The notes under the pieces were generated by a model that made no database searches, had not been told where the DNA came from, and saw only the letters and a program-made list of their open reading frames with translations. Source: Pseudomonadota bacterium (lineage in GTDB: Bacteria; Oederibacteriota; Muellerivitia; Muellerivitales; Muellerivitaceae). From it: 64,000 nt of DNA. Location of the stretch: assembly GCA_021324075.1 (NCBI GenBank), contig JAJPJW010000054.1:500-64499 (forward strand). Direction: 5' to 3'. This document shows, piece by piece, positions 47,534 through 57,012 of the stretch; the stretch's first letter is position 1; each line of letters starts with the position of its first letter. The position numbers were made by a program, and so were the translations under genes.

Positions 47534-47884
47534 TTAAGGTTTTTTGGGGTGGAACTGTTTGAGGAGGCCGTGCAGGCTCTTCTTTTCTTTTTCGGAGAGG
47601 TGTTTCAACATCTCCTTGATCTTCGCGTCGTAAGTGGAGGGTTTTTCCTGGGTTGTGACCGCCGAAGAAGGTATGAAAAGGTCGTAGAAATTAACCCCTA
47701 AAATCCGGGCAAGGTTTTCCAGTGTGGACAAGGGCGCCTGCCGGGTGCCGCGCTCGATGTGGCTCAAAAAACTGGTGGAAATTTCAGCCCGCTCCGCGAG
47801 TTCCTCCAGGGTGAAGCCTTTTTGCTTGCGGGGGCGTTTCAACGCCGAGCCCGCCGTGATGTAGCTGTTGGGGTTCTTGGCCAT
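47534..47884 (-). CDS. XRE-family helix-turn-helix transcriptional regulator.
   Basis: 'FTLEELAERAEISTSFLSHIERGTRQAPLSTLENLARILGV' is the HTH_3 motif. Confidence 0.8.
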   Translation of the reverse strand: MAKNPNSYITAGSALKRPRKQKGFTLEELAERAEISTSFLSHIERGTRQAPLSTLENLARILGVNFYDLFIPSSAVTTQEKPSTYDAKIKEMLKHLSEKEKKSLHGLLKQFHPKKP

Positions 47885-47939
47885 TTCTTCTCCCAGTCAA
47901 ATTCAAAAACACTATCGCAGAACCCTTTTCCCTTAAAAA

Positions 47940-47967
47940 GTGACTATAAGTCAAATATAATTTTGAC
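47940..47967. promoter_or_regulatory. Palindromic candidate operator overlapping a TATAAT box, lying between the divergent XRE gene and the small ORF.
   Basis: 'GTCAAA-TATAAT-TTTGAC' is a perfect 6-bp inverted repeat around TATAAT. It is immediately preceded by 'TGACT-ATA-AGTCA'. Confidence 0.45.
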
Positions 47968-48030
47968 CAAAAGAATAAACAGCTATAAAATTCAGGCAGT
48001 TTTATCTCCGCCTGTGGCGTGGGGTGCAAA

Positions 48031-48393
48031 ATGGTTTGGCGTGGAGAAGTGGAAAAATGGTTTGTTGAACAAGGTTTCCAGACCGAGTGGTTATGGATGG
48101 GCCGCGACAAATTCTTTTTCCTGGCCTGGAAGGGACGGATGCTGGCCGTTCATTTTGTCGAACCGGAAGGCTCAGCGGTACCCGAGAAGCCAATGACCGT
48201 CAAAAAATTGTTCCTCGAGCTTTTCACCCACCTGAGGTACCTGGAAAGCTGGAACAGGGTGTTCAAAGGACGGGAAGTTTCCTTCAAATGGCTTTGTTTC
48301 CGGGTCCTTACCGGTAATGAAATTGAAAGGCTGAAGATAGCCGGGGTGGAACCCTTTCATTTCGAGCCTTACACCGGCTATTCTTCCAACTAG
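48031..48393 (+). CDS. Hypothetical small protein, divergent from the XRE regulator.
   Basis: ORF with an ATG at 48031 (a GTG is possible at 48019). No recognisable domain. GC is intermediate. Confidence 0.35.
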   Translation: MVWRGEVEKWFVEQGFQTEWLWMGRDKFFFLAWKGRMLAVHFVEPEGSAVPEKPMTVKKLFLELFTHLRYLESWNRVFKGREVSFKWLCFRVLTGNEIERLKIAGVEPFHFEPYTGYSSN

Positions 48394-48499
48394 ATGCCGC
48401 TTTCCTCAATTGTTTAAAGCCTTTCATGTCGATAGAATGTGCCTTCGGAAGCCCGGGCCAAGGCCCGGGCTTCTTTTTGTGGCGACTTCAAGGAAGGCC

Positions 48500-50293
48500 A
48501 TGTCCTCCACGGAAAAATCAAAGAATTCCTTCGGGCTTTACCTCCGGTTATTAGGCTATTTGGACGGCCACAAGGGCCGTTCGTCTTTTGCCGTCTTGTG
48601 CATGATCCTTTCGGCGGCTTCCACGGGCATCGTGATGAAGCAGTTGGAACCAATCACCAACGAGACCTTCCTTAAAAGTCCGGACCCCCAGGGCACTTTT
48701 ACCCATCTCCTGACCTTCGTCATCCCGGTCACCTTCCTGGCGGCTGTGGTAAGGGGGCTTTCCGGCTACGGCCGGGACTACTATATGAGGGCCCTTTCAC
48801 AGGTGGTGGTCCAAAGGCTTCGCAACCACCTTTACGGCCACTTTCTCACCATGCAGATGTCCTATTTTGAAAGCCAGCGCACCGGGGGGTTAGCCGCCCG
48901 CATCACCAACGACGTGCAGGTCCTGGAGGATTCGGTCACCAGCGTCGTGGGCCAGGGGATTTCCTCCAGCATCACGGCGATCGCCCTGGTGGGATTCATG
49001 GTCTATACGGACTGGCGGCTGTCCCTGGCGGCCTTTGTGGTTTTCCCGCTGGCCTTGGGCCCTATTTTCCATTTCGGGCGCCGTATCCGCAGGGCTTCGG
49101 GCGAGGGCCAGCAATTCCTCGCCGATTTGAACGCCCAGGTCCATGAGACCCTGACGGGCATCCGCGTGGTCAAGGCCTTCGGCATGGAGCACCACGAAAA
49201 GCGGAAATTCGAAACCACCAATGCCAGCTATTTCGCCGTGACCCTGCGGCGCATCCGGGCTTTTGTGGCCTCGTCGCCCCTGGTGGAGTTCATCACCACC
49301 ACCACCCTTTTGGTATTGCTGTTGTGGGTCGCCTACCGGGCCCTTTTGGAGCAAAATGTCAATATCGGAACCTTTATTTCCTTCTTCGCCATGGCCGCCA
49401 CCCTCTATCCCCAGCTTAAGAATTTCAACGGCCTCTGGGCCCAGCTCCAGCAGGCCATGGCCTCGGCGGAACGTTGTTTCGAGATCCTGGATATTCCCGA
49501 TCCCATGCCGGACGCCAAGAACGCCCCCGAGATCAAACCCTTGAAGAAGGCCATCGAGTTCAAGAACGTCGGTTTTGAATACGTGCACGGTCACCCGGTT
49601 TTGCGGAACATTTCCTTCAAAATCGAGCGTGGGGAAGTCGTGGCCCTGGTCGGCCCCTCGGGAGGGGGCAAGAGCACCCTGGCGGACCTGATCCCCCGTT
49701 TTTACCAGCTCACCTCGGGCCAGATCCTTTGGGACGGGCAGGATATCAGCCAGGCCAAACTGGCTTCCTTAAGGTCCCATATCGGCATCGTGACCCAGGA
49801 AACCATCCTTTTCCACGACTCCATCCTGCGCAACATCGCCTATGGCCGGCCCGGGGCCGGCTTTTGGGATGTGCAGGAGGCGGCCAAGGCGGCTTACGCC
49901 AAGGAGTTCATCGAGAACACGCCCCAAGGATTCAACACCCTGATCGGGGAGCGGGGCATCAAGCTCTCAGGCGGGCAGCGCCAGCGCCTGGCCATCGCAA
50001 GGGCCATTTTGAAAAACCCGCCGGTCCTTATTTTGGATGAGGCCACTTCCGCCTTGGACACGGAAAGCGAGCAATTGGTGCAGAAAGCCCTCAACGAACT
50101 CATGGGACACCGGACAACCCTGGTCATCGCCCACCGGCTTTCCACGGTGCGCAAAGCCGACCGAATCCTGGTCATCGACAAGGGACGTATTGTGGAACAG
50201 GGCAAACACGGTTTTCTCCTGGGCAAGCACGGTCTTTACGCAAAACTGTACAAGATGCAGTTCCGCACTCCCGGCAAGGCGGAAGCCGGATGA
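48500..50293 (+). CDS. msbA: ABC exporter with fused TMD and NBD, MsbA-like lipid A flippase.
   Basis: Six TM helices, then Walker A 'GPSGGGKST', signature 'LSGGQRQR' and 'ILILDEATSALD'. The start is chosen at 'MSSTEKSK'. Confidence 0.75.
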   Translation: MSSTEKSKNSFGLYLRLLGYLDGHKGRSSFAVLCMILSAASTGIVMKQLEPITNETFLKSPDPQGTFTHLLTFVIPVTFLAAVVRGLSGYGRDYYMRALSQVVVQRLRNHLYGHFLTMQMSYFESQRTGGLAARITNDVQVLEDSVTSVVGQGISSSITAIALVGFMVYTDWRLSLAAFVVFPLALGPIFHFGRRIRRASGEGQQFLADLNAQVHETLTGIRVVKAFGMEHHEKRKFETTNASYFAVTLRRIRAFVASSPLVEFITTTTLLVLLLWVAYRALLEQNVNIGTFISFFAMAATLYPQLKNFNGLWAQLQQAMASAERCFEILDIPDPMPDAKNAPEIKPLKKAIEFKNVGFEYVHGHPVLRNISFKIERGEVVALVGPSGGGKSTLADLIPRFYQLTSGQILWDGQDISQAKLASLRSHIGIVTQETILFHDSILRNIAYGRPGAGFWDVQEAAKAAYAKEFIENTPQGFNTLIGERGIKLSGGQRQRLAIARAILKNPPVLILDEATSALDTESEQLVQKALNELMGHRTTLVIAHRLSTVRKADRILVIDKGRIVEQGKHGFLLGKHGLYAKLYKMQFRTPGKAEAG

Positions 50294-50904
50294 AAGCGGG
50301 TACCAAAGCGGGAAAAAAGCCGGCGGTTTTCCTGGACCGCGACGGGACCCTGATGCCGGACTTGGGTTACCTGGGCGACCCGAAGAAGGTGAAACTTTAC
50401 AAGGGGACGGCGGAGGCCTTGAAGATCCTTCGCCGGGAAGGGTTTTACCTTTTCGTGGTGACCAACCAGTCGGGGGTGGCCCGCGGATATTTCCCCGAAA
50501 GCTCGGTGAAGGCGGTCCACCGGAAGCTGCAAAATTTGCTCAAGGCCAAAGGGGCGAGGATTGACGCCTTTTTTTACTGCCCCCACTACAAGGAAGGGAA
50601 AGCCAAACGCTACGTCAAGGTTTGCGACTGCCGCAAACCCAAACCCGGAATGGTGAAGCAGGCATTGAGGAAATACCCGGTCGACCTGAAGCATAGCTAT
50701 GGGGTGGGGGACAAGGTGGACGATCTCCAGTTGGCCCGGAATGCCAAGTTGGCGAAGGGTTTCCTGGTCCGGACGGGCAATGGCCGTGCGAGCGAGAAAA
50801 AACTGAAAATCAGCCCCCTTGCCAAGAGCCGCGTGGTTTCGGATTTATTACAAGCGGCCCAATTCATCCTGGAAGAGAAAGAAAAACGGAAGAACCATGA
50901 CTAA
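50290..50904 (+). CDS. gmhB: D-glycero-D-manno-heptose 1,7-bisphosphate phosphatase (HAD family).
   Basis: 'VFLDRDGTL' (DxDGT) and 'FFYCPHYKEGKAKRYVKVCDCRKPKPGM'. It overlaps the msbA stop (ATGA). Confidence 0.8.
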   Translation: MKAGTKAGKKPAVFLDRDGTLMPDLGYLGDPKKVKLYKGTAEALKILRREGFYLFVVTNQSGVARGYFPESSVKAVHRKLQNLLKAKGARIDAFFYCPHYKEGKAKRYVKVCDCRKPKPGMVKQALRKYPVDLKHSYGVGDKVDDLQLARNAKLAKGFLVRTGNGRASEKKLKISPLAKSRVVSDLLQAAQFILEEKEKRKNHD

Positions 50905-51379
50905 GAAAATACTCGATCGCCCAGCAGTGATACGGATCCTGGAAACCTTGAAATCCCAAGGCAAGAAGGTCGTGCTGGCCGACGGTGTTTTCGACCTGCT
51001 GCGCAGAGGACATTCCCGTTATCTGCGGGCGGCAAAGGCCTTGGGGGACGTCCTGGTCCTGGCCCTGCCCTCGGACGAATCCGTTAAGAAAACAATGGGC
51101 CCCGGCCGTCCGCTCCTGCCCCTGGAGGACCGGTTGGGCATCCTTGACGCCTTCGAAATGGTCGATTGGGTGACCTCTTATTCGGAAAACGATGTGGTAA
51201 AACTACTGGAGGATTTAAAACCCGATCTATATGCCGTACAGAACAAAGCCAAGTTATCCGTCGGCTCCTTTCGTGGGAAGGTCGTCGAATTGAAGGAATC
51301 GGGCGACCAGGAAGCGGACCAGCTTATCCAGGAGATCCTCCGTAAATACCCCGATCCTTCCATGAAGATCAATGAGTGA
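50897..51379 (+). CDS. Cytidylyltransferase-like (HldE domain II-like) paralog with a degenerate HxGH motif.
   Basis: 'VVLADGVFDLLRRGHSRYL...LPSDESVKK' keeps the fold of heptose-1-P adenylyltransferase, but the first His of HxGH is Arg. Confidence 0.6.
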   Translation: MTKKILDRPAVIRILETLKSQGKKVVLADGVFDLLRRGHSRYLRAAKALGDVLVLALPSDESVKKTMGPGRPLLPLEDRLGILDAFEMVDWVTSYSENDVVKLLEDLKPDLYAVQNKAKLSVGSFRGKVVELKESGDQEADQLIQEILRKYPDPSMKINE

Positions 51380-52421
51380 CCCTAAGCCCCGGCATATCCT
51401 TATCGCCCGCACCGACAAGGTGGGGGACCTTTTGCTTTCCCTTCCCACATTCCAAACACTCAAGAAAGCCTTTCCCGGGACCCGCTTGACGGCTCTTGTC
51501 AGCCCTTATGCCAAGGAGATCGTCCAAAACCATCCAGCTGTGGATGCGGTGGAACTGTATGAAAAAAGTGAAAGCCTTTGGGCTTTAACCCGGCGGTTCA
51601 AGACCTTTAAACCCGACGTCTTCATCGCCCTCTATCCGCGGGCCCGGCAGGTTTTGGCGGCGCGGTTGGCCGGAATCCCGAAGCGCATCGGCACAGCCTA
51701 TCGCTGGTACAGCTTCCTCCTGACGGACAAGGTGAAGGTCCACCGGTCGGTTTGCGACCGGCACGAAGTGGAATACAACCTGGACCTGGTCAAACCGCTG
51801 GGTGTGGAGCCGAAAAAGGAGAAGATCGCATTTCCCTTAACCGAATCCGAGCGTTCTTTCGCCAGGGATTTGCTGAAAGAGAAGGGCCTCAAACCCAAGG
51901 ACCACTACGTGATTGTGCATCCGGGGCACAAGGGATCGGCCCTCAATTGGAAACCTGAACGTTACGGGCAGGCGGTCGCCCAATTGTGCCGTCGGAAGGG
52001 TTTGCGGGTCATCCTGACCGGCGCGGCTAGTGAGACCGCCTTGATTTCCCAAGTGACAACCCACCTTCCGGGCCTGGGGCCCGACCAGAAGCCCATCCTC
52101 CTGATCGGTGAATGCACCTTGCGGCAATTGGCCGCCGTTTACGAGGAGGCGGATTGTTTCCTTTCGGGCTCCACCGGCACCATGCACCTGGCCGCCGCGG
52201 TGGGCACCCCCACCGTATCCCTTTTCTGTCCCATCCCCCAGACCACGCCGGTACGATGGGGGCCCTGGGGAAACCAGTCCACTGTTTTGATGCCGCAAAA
52301 CCTCGAATGCCCCGATTGCAAGGTAGGCGCCTGCTCCAAGCACGACCCCATGGATGCCATCTCCGTGGAAGAGGTCCTGGCGGCCCTGCAAAACTATCTT
52401 CCGAAAAAGGCCGCGCGTTGA
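51372..52421 (+). CDS. GT9 LPS heptosyltransferase (WaaC/WaaF-like).
   Basis: 'ILIARTDKVGDLLLSLPTFQTLKKAFPGTRLTALV' and C-terminal 'GSTGTMHLAAAVGTPTVSLF'. Confidence 0.75.
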   Translation: MSDPKPRHILIARTDKVGDLLLSLPTFQTLKKAFPGTRLTALVSPYAKEIVQNHPAVDAVELYEKSESLWALTRRFKTFKPDVFIALYPRARQVLAARLAGIPKRIGTAYRWYSFLLTDKVKVHRSVCDRHEVEYNLDLVKPLGVEPKKEKIAFPLTESERSFARDLLKEKGLKPKDHYVIVHPGHKGSALNWKPERYGQAVAQLCRRKGLRVILTGAASETALISQVTTHLPGLGPDQKPILLIGECTLRQLAAVYEEADCFLSGSTGTMHLAAAVGTPTVSLFCPIPQTTPVRWGPWGNQSTVLMPQNLECPDCKVGACSKHDPMDAISVEEVLAALQNYLPKKAAR

Positions 52422-53617
52422 AAACAAGGCGCTTTTACACCTTTGCCCTGCTTGTTGTTTTGCTTTCCTGGCTGCAAGGCTGCTCCCTCCTTTTTATCGC
52501 CAAAGGCAAGTCCTCCATTTCAACCTCCAAAATCGAAAAGGTTCCAGAGGCCGCTTCCCTGGAAAAAAGGATGAGCCAAAGGGTGGTCCTGCATTACAAG
52601 GTACAGGAGGGCGACACGCTGGACTTCGTTGCCCAGGCTTATTACGGCGACCCGGGGTTTACACGGAAAATCGCCAAGGACAACCGCCTGAATCCCAAGA
52701 AACCGCTGAAGGCGGGGAAAGACCTCAAAATCGTCGACCCCGCCAATTTCCCGGACAAGGGCACCCTGGACGACCTGCGCAAAAAAATGAGTGCCGCGGC
52801 GACGCCCTCGGCCACGGTGACTTCGAACCAGGCCTTTTCCGAGCCGGATTCGGCCGAGGACGAGAAGGACGTGGAGAAAATACCACGGCCCAAGTCCAAC
52901 CAGGCCTTTGCCGCCGGCGAGAAATTGACCTTTGAGGTGAGGGCCATCGGCATCCTGGGCGGCTATGCGACGCTGGAAGTGGACGATTACCAGACCGTCA
53001 ACAACAGGCCCTGCTATCCGCTGACCGCCAAGGCCAAGTCCGCCTTTCCTTTCAGCAGTTTTTACCCGGTGAACGACATCCAGACCAGCTACTTCGACGC
53101 GGTGGATTTCATCACCTGGAAGTTCCAGAACGACGTGCACGAGGGCAATTACAACGCCCAAAACCGCGAAAGTTACGACCAGCTCAAACACACGGTGGTG
53201 CGCCAACACAACCAGGAGCCAACGGAACAGGTGGATGTCCAGCCCTTTACGCAAGACATCATCTCCTGTTTCTATTATTTCCGGCTCCTGCCCCTGGATA
53301 TCGGGAAGAAATTCCTGATCCCAACCTGTTCGGGAGGCAAGAATTACAAGATGATCGTGAAGGTGGTTTCCCGGGAAAAGGTCACGGTGCCCGCAGGCAC
53401 CTTCGACTGTTTCCGCACAAAGCCTTTCGTGAAATATGGCACGGTCTTCCGGAACAAGGAGGACATCGACCTTTGGGTCACGGCCGACAGCCGGCACCTG
53501 CCGGTCCTCATCAAGAGCGCCATTGTTATCGGCAACATCCAGGTTTCACTGATGGGGGCCACCGTGCCTGATATCAACGGGGACGGGGGTAAGATCCAAT
53601 CCAGGATTTCCAATTGA
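52418..53617 (+). CDS. LysM plus DUF3108 lipoprotein.
   Basis: Putative TTG start overlapping the GT9 stop. Lipobox 'WLQGC'. LysM 'HYKVQEGDTLDFVAQAYYGD'. A DUF3108-like beta-rich C-terminus. Confidence 0.5.
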   Translation: MKTRRFYTFALLVVLLSWLQGCSLLFIAKGKSSISTSKIEKVPEAASLEKRMSQRVVLHYKVQEGDTLDFVAQAYYGDPGFTRKIAKDNRLNPKKPLKAGKDLKIVDPANFPDKGTLDDLRKKMSAAATPSATVTSNQAFSEPDSAEDEKDVEKIPRPKSNQAFAAGEKLTFEVRAIGILGGYATLEVDDYQTVNNRPCYPLTAKAKSAFPFSSFYPVNDIQTSYFDAVDFITWKFQNDVHEGNYNAQNRESYDQLKHTVVRQHNQEPTEQVDVQPFTQDIISCFYYFRLLPLDIGKKFLIPTCSGGKNYKMIVKVVSREKVTVPAGTFDCFRTKPFVKYGTVFRNKEDIDLWVTADSRHLPVLIKSAIVIGNIQVSLMGATVPDINGDGGKIQSRISN

Positions 53618-53643
53618 AGCCGAATCCAAAAAGGGAAGGGACA

Positions 53644-54894
53644 ATGTCGTTGAAGTTTTCACCCGGCGCCGAAAAACGCCGGCTTTATTTCGTCCTTACC
53701 GCGCTCCTCCTTGGTGCGGCCTTGCGCCTCTGCCTGCCCGGGGACATTGAATACAAGGACGACGAGAAGGTCATGTTCGACATGACCCAAGCGATCCGGA
53801 CAACCGGGAACTGGCCCCTCCTGGGGGTCCGATCGGGGGTCGGGGGCTGGCATCCGGCCCTGGGAGTCTGGGTTTTCGGCGCGATGACAAGGCTCTTGTC
53901 CGTGTCCAGCCCGCCCGAGCTGGCCCGGTGCAGCCAGATCCTGAATATTCTGGCCCTGTGCCTGCTGGCCTTCTTCAGTTTCCGTGTGGTCAGTGCGCAA
54001 GAGAGGGAGCCTTGGCTGTGGGCCACGGTTTTCGCGGCCGTAAACCCTTTCGCGGTCCTTCTCCAACGGAAAATCTGGATTCCCTCCATTCTCCCGTTTT
54101 TTTGCATTTTGCTTTGGATGGGATGGCGTTTCCGACACAAGCGGGCGGGCGCCTTCGCCTGGGGCCTTCTGGGGATCATCCTGGGACAGATCCACATGTC
54201 CGGTTTTTTCCTGGCAGGTGCCCTCTTTTTATGGACGGTTTGGAAGGAACGCGGGGTGAAGTGGGGAGCCTGGCTTGCGGGAACCCTTTTAGGCCTTCCG
54301 CCCCTCCTGCCTTGGATCCAATTCGTTTTCACCCGCCACGAGGACGGCTTTTCCAAGTTTGGTTGGTGGTGGGTTCTTTACCCGAAATACTGGCTTTACT
54401 GGGTGAGTGATCCCTTGGGATTGGGGCTGAACTATAGCTTGAAAACACAGACCTTCATGGACTTTATCCGCTATCCACTTTTAGATGGTTATGGAACCTA
54501 TTTGGTGGGGTTGCTTCATTTGCTGATTGGAGGATTAGGCGTCCTGTTTTTCCTTGCTTGGAAGAAAAACCGAGGGAAGGGGTCTGCGATTTTGGATTCC
54601 TCCGACACCGGTTCGGCCTTGAAGGTGGCCCTCATTCCCACAGGCCTGCTGATGACCCTCTCTTGTATCGAGGTCGTCCGTCATTACATGGTGATGGCCT
54701 TCCCTTTGGAAGGGGTCTGGCTTGCCCGGCTGGGTCTTTGCGATCCTAAAGAAGGAAGGCGCCTCTTGGCCTTGCTTTGGCTCTTGGAACTGTTATTGAC
54801 CGTCTCGTTCCTGGCTTTCATCCATATCAACCATGGAGCCCCCATCGGCGACTATGGACTTGGTTACCAGTACCAGGTCCCTCCCACGCCCTGA
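53644..54894 (+). CDS. ArnT/PMT_2-like GT-C membrane glycosyltransferase.
   Basis: 'DDEKVMFDMTQAIRTTGNWPLLGV...GGWHPALGVWVF' corresponds to the DE...Y...GDW...HPPL block of ArnT-type enzymes. More than 10 TM helices. Confidence 0.5.
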   Translation: MSLKFSPGAEKRRLYFVLTALLLGAALRLCLPGDIEYKDDEKVMFDMTQAIRTTGNWPLLGVRSGVGGWHPALGVWVFGAMTRLLSVSSPPELARCSQILNILALCLLAFFSFRVVSAQEREPWLWATVFAAVNPFAVLLQRKIWIPSILPFFCILLWMGWRFRHKRAGAFAWGLLGIILGQIHMSGFFLAGALFLWTVWKERGVKWGAWLAGTLLGLPPLLPWIQFVFTRHEDGFSKFGWWWVLYPKYWLYWVSDPLGLGLNYSLKTQTFMDFIRYPLLDGYGTYLVGLLHLLIGGLGVLFFLAWKKNRGKGSAILDSSDTGSALKVALIPTGLLMTLSCIEVVRHYMVMAFPLEGVWLARLGLCDPKEGRRLLALLWLLELLLTVSFLAFIHINHGAPIGDYGLGYQYQVPPTP

Positions 54895-54905
54895 AAGCCG
54901 CCTCT

Positions 54906-56228
54906 TCAGTATTTCGCGTCCGGCCTGCGTTCCCCCAACAAGCGGTAATTCTTTTCCGCGATCGCCTGGCAGAACAGGCCCCGGTTTTTGTAAAGCGACT
55001 TTACCGGAAGGTTGTGCAAAGCCAGTCCTGCGTGGAAAAGGATATTGCAGGCCAATAAAACCGTGACGGCGACTAAGAAGCCCTTTTTTTGAACCCAAGG
55101 CGTGAAGACGTAAAATCCATACAACATGGCCACCGGCAAGGTTAAGTAATAGGTATGGGCGGCCGGCGGTTTGATGGCGAAAAGGAAGCTGAGGTAAATC
55201 AGGAAAAAAGTCGCGAGGGCCAGGCCCTTCACGGCCATCCAGTCCTTTTGGGGATGGCTTTTCTGGAACCAACCCGCGATGAGGGCGGTTACCTGGATCA
55301 TTCCTAGAATCCCCGCTACGACGGCAAAGGGTGCGACCCAAAAGTTTTCCCTTAAAAAATCAAGCCGGTCGGCGTTGTTGGCCCCGATAAAACGGGGGAT
55401 CTCACAGCAGGCGAGGGAAAGATAGCGGAAGAGGATGTCAAAGAAACCCAGGAGGTTTCCGGGGTTGAAAGCCACCGCGTTTTCCGCACCTCCCGATCCC
55501 TGGCTCCAACCATAATTGGCGAGCGTTGGTAGGATAAAGACGCCGGTTGTCAGGCACCCCAAGAGGAAAACCGCAAGGTTTAAACCGGCCTTAATGCCGG
55601 GGGATTTCCATTGGAAATAAGCCGAAGCCAGGACAAAGGGGAATAGCAGGACATAGGACATGTGGAACTGGATGTCCCAGAAAAGGGCGAACCCCATGAG
55701 GAAACTGGCGGCGGCGGGTGGAAGCCGCTTCAGGCTTAGGGCTGGAACGGTTTCCAAGAACCCAATAAAGAAAAGGCAGCTTCCGAAGAGAACATAGGAA
55801 TCGTTGTCGATATTTGTGGACCAATTCATGACCCAAGGGGCGGTCAGGAGCCAGGCATAAAGGATCCATTTGGGAAACCGGGGAAGGCGCTGAGAACAAT
55901 ACCAGGCGAAGAGGCACAGTCCGGTAAAGGAAAGCAGGTTTAGAAGAATGTAAGGCGCCTCCGGAATAGGGCAGATAAAAAGCGGTCCGCCCACCACCAA
56001 GCCCTGGAGTGCGCCGGGGAGCTGGATATGGGGCGCCACATCCGCCCCGAAATAAGGCCAGAGGCCGGTGCAATAGAACTTCAGCCCGATCAGGTAGATT
56101 TGTTGCTGGTCGATGAACCAGATTTCGGTGCAGAGCCCGAAGGCGAGGCGGAAGAGGAAGGCCAATCCCAAGAGTGCGCAAACCCAGGGGACGGAAAGGG
56201 CATTTGGAGTGGAGGGGCGGTTGGACAC
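54906..56228 (-). CDS. Polytopic membrane protein, a possible GT-C-type enzyme.
   Basis: 440 aa with more than 11 hydrophobic segments. No soluble domain. Confidence 0.35.
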   Translation of the reverse strand: MSNRPSTPNALSVPWVCALLGLAFLFRLAFGLCTEIWFIDQQQIYLIGLKFYCTGLWPYFGADVAPHIQLPGALQGLVVGGPLFICPIPEAPYILLNLLSFTGLCLFAWYCSQRLPRFPKWILYAWLLTAPWVMNWSTNIDNDSYVLFGSCLFFIGFLETVPALSLKRLPPAAASFLMGFALFWDIQFHMSYVLLFPFVLASAYFQWKSPGIKAGLNLAVFLLGCLTTGVFILPTLANYGWSQGSGGAENAVAFNPGNLLGFFDILFRYLSLACCEIPRFIGANNADRLDFLRENFWVAPFAVVAGILGMIQVTALIAGWFQKSHPQKDWMAVKGLALATFFLIYLSFLFAIKPPAAHTYYLTLPVAMLYGFYVFTPWVQKKGFLVAVTVLLACNILFHAGLALHNLPVKSLYKNRGLFCQAIAEKNYRLLGERRPDAKY

Positions 56229-56375
56229 GGGGCCATTATTATGGGCTAAAGAATCGGCATCAAGCCAATTACCCGCCTCTTTAAGGTGGCAGAGGTCTTG
56301 GGAGGGCGATAAAATGTGCCCGCTTTATCGGAAATCCGACTGCGTTATGGAAGCACCAAGCGAGGAAGTCCTTTT

Positions 56376-56945
56376 ATGATCGAGAAGATCCGGGGCCGTA
56401 TCGAGGAAAGCATCCAAGTCAAACAAAACCTCCTGAACAAGTGCCTCCCTCAAATCGAATCCGCGGCCAAATTGCTCGTCGAAGCCTATAAAAGGGGAAA
56501 CAAAGCCGTCTGGTTCGGCAATGGGGGGAGCGCGGCCGACGCCCAGCATATCGCCGCTGAACTGGTGGGGGACTACCTGAAGCGCCGCCGGGCCTTGATG
56601 TCCCTGGCCCTGCATACCAATACTTCCACCTTGACGGCCCTGGGAAACGACTACGGATACGACCAGATCTACTCCCACCAGATCGAAGGGCTTTGCGTAC
56701 CCGGTGACGTGGCGGTGGGGCTTTCCACCTCGGGCAATTCGGAAAACGTCTTGAAGGGCGTGGCCGCCGCCAAGAAGAACAAGGTGCATACCATCGGCCT
56801 TTTGGGCCGCGACGGGGGCAAGATCGCCAAGGAAGTGGACGTGGCCATCGTGGTGCCGGCCTCTTCCACGGACCGGATCCAGGAATGCCATATGCTGATG
56901 GGACATATCTTCTGCGAGTTGATCGAATCGGCGATGTTTCCATGA
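56376..56945 (+). CDS. gmhA: Sedoheptulose-7-phosphate isomerase (SIS domain).
   Basis: 'FGNGGSAADAQHIAAELVG' and 'GLSTSGNSENV'. Confidence 0.85.
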   Translation: MIEKIRGRIEESIQVKQNLLNKCLPQIESAAKLLVEAYKRGNKAVWFGNGGSAADAQHIAAELVGDYLKRRRALMSLALHTNTSTLTALGNDYGYDQIYSHQIEGLCVPGDVAVGLSTSGNSENVLKGVAAAKKNKVHTIGLLGRDGGKIAKEVDVAIVVPASSTDRIQECHMLMGHIFCELIESAMFP

Positions 56946-57012
56946 AGCCGTTTCCTGTTAGGACCTATAGTCGTCAGCAAGGCCAAAAACCAAGAATGAA
57001 ACCGGAGATGCC

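Noticed and set aside
52112-52417. 501-aa ORF start at 52112 for the LysM/DUF3108 protein.
   Set aside because: The first ~100 codons run out of frame across the 3' end of the GT9 gene and are Arg/Gly/Pro-rich. The signal peptide and lipobox begin at the TTG at 52418.
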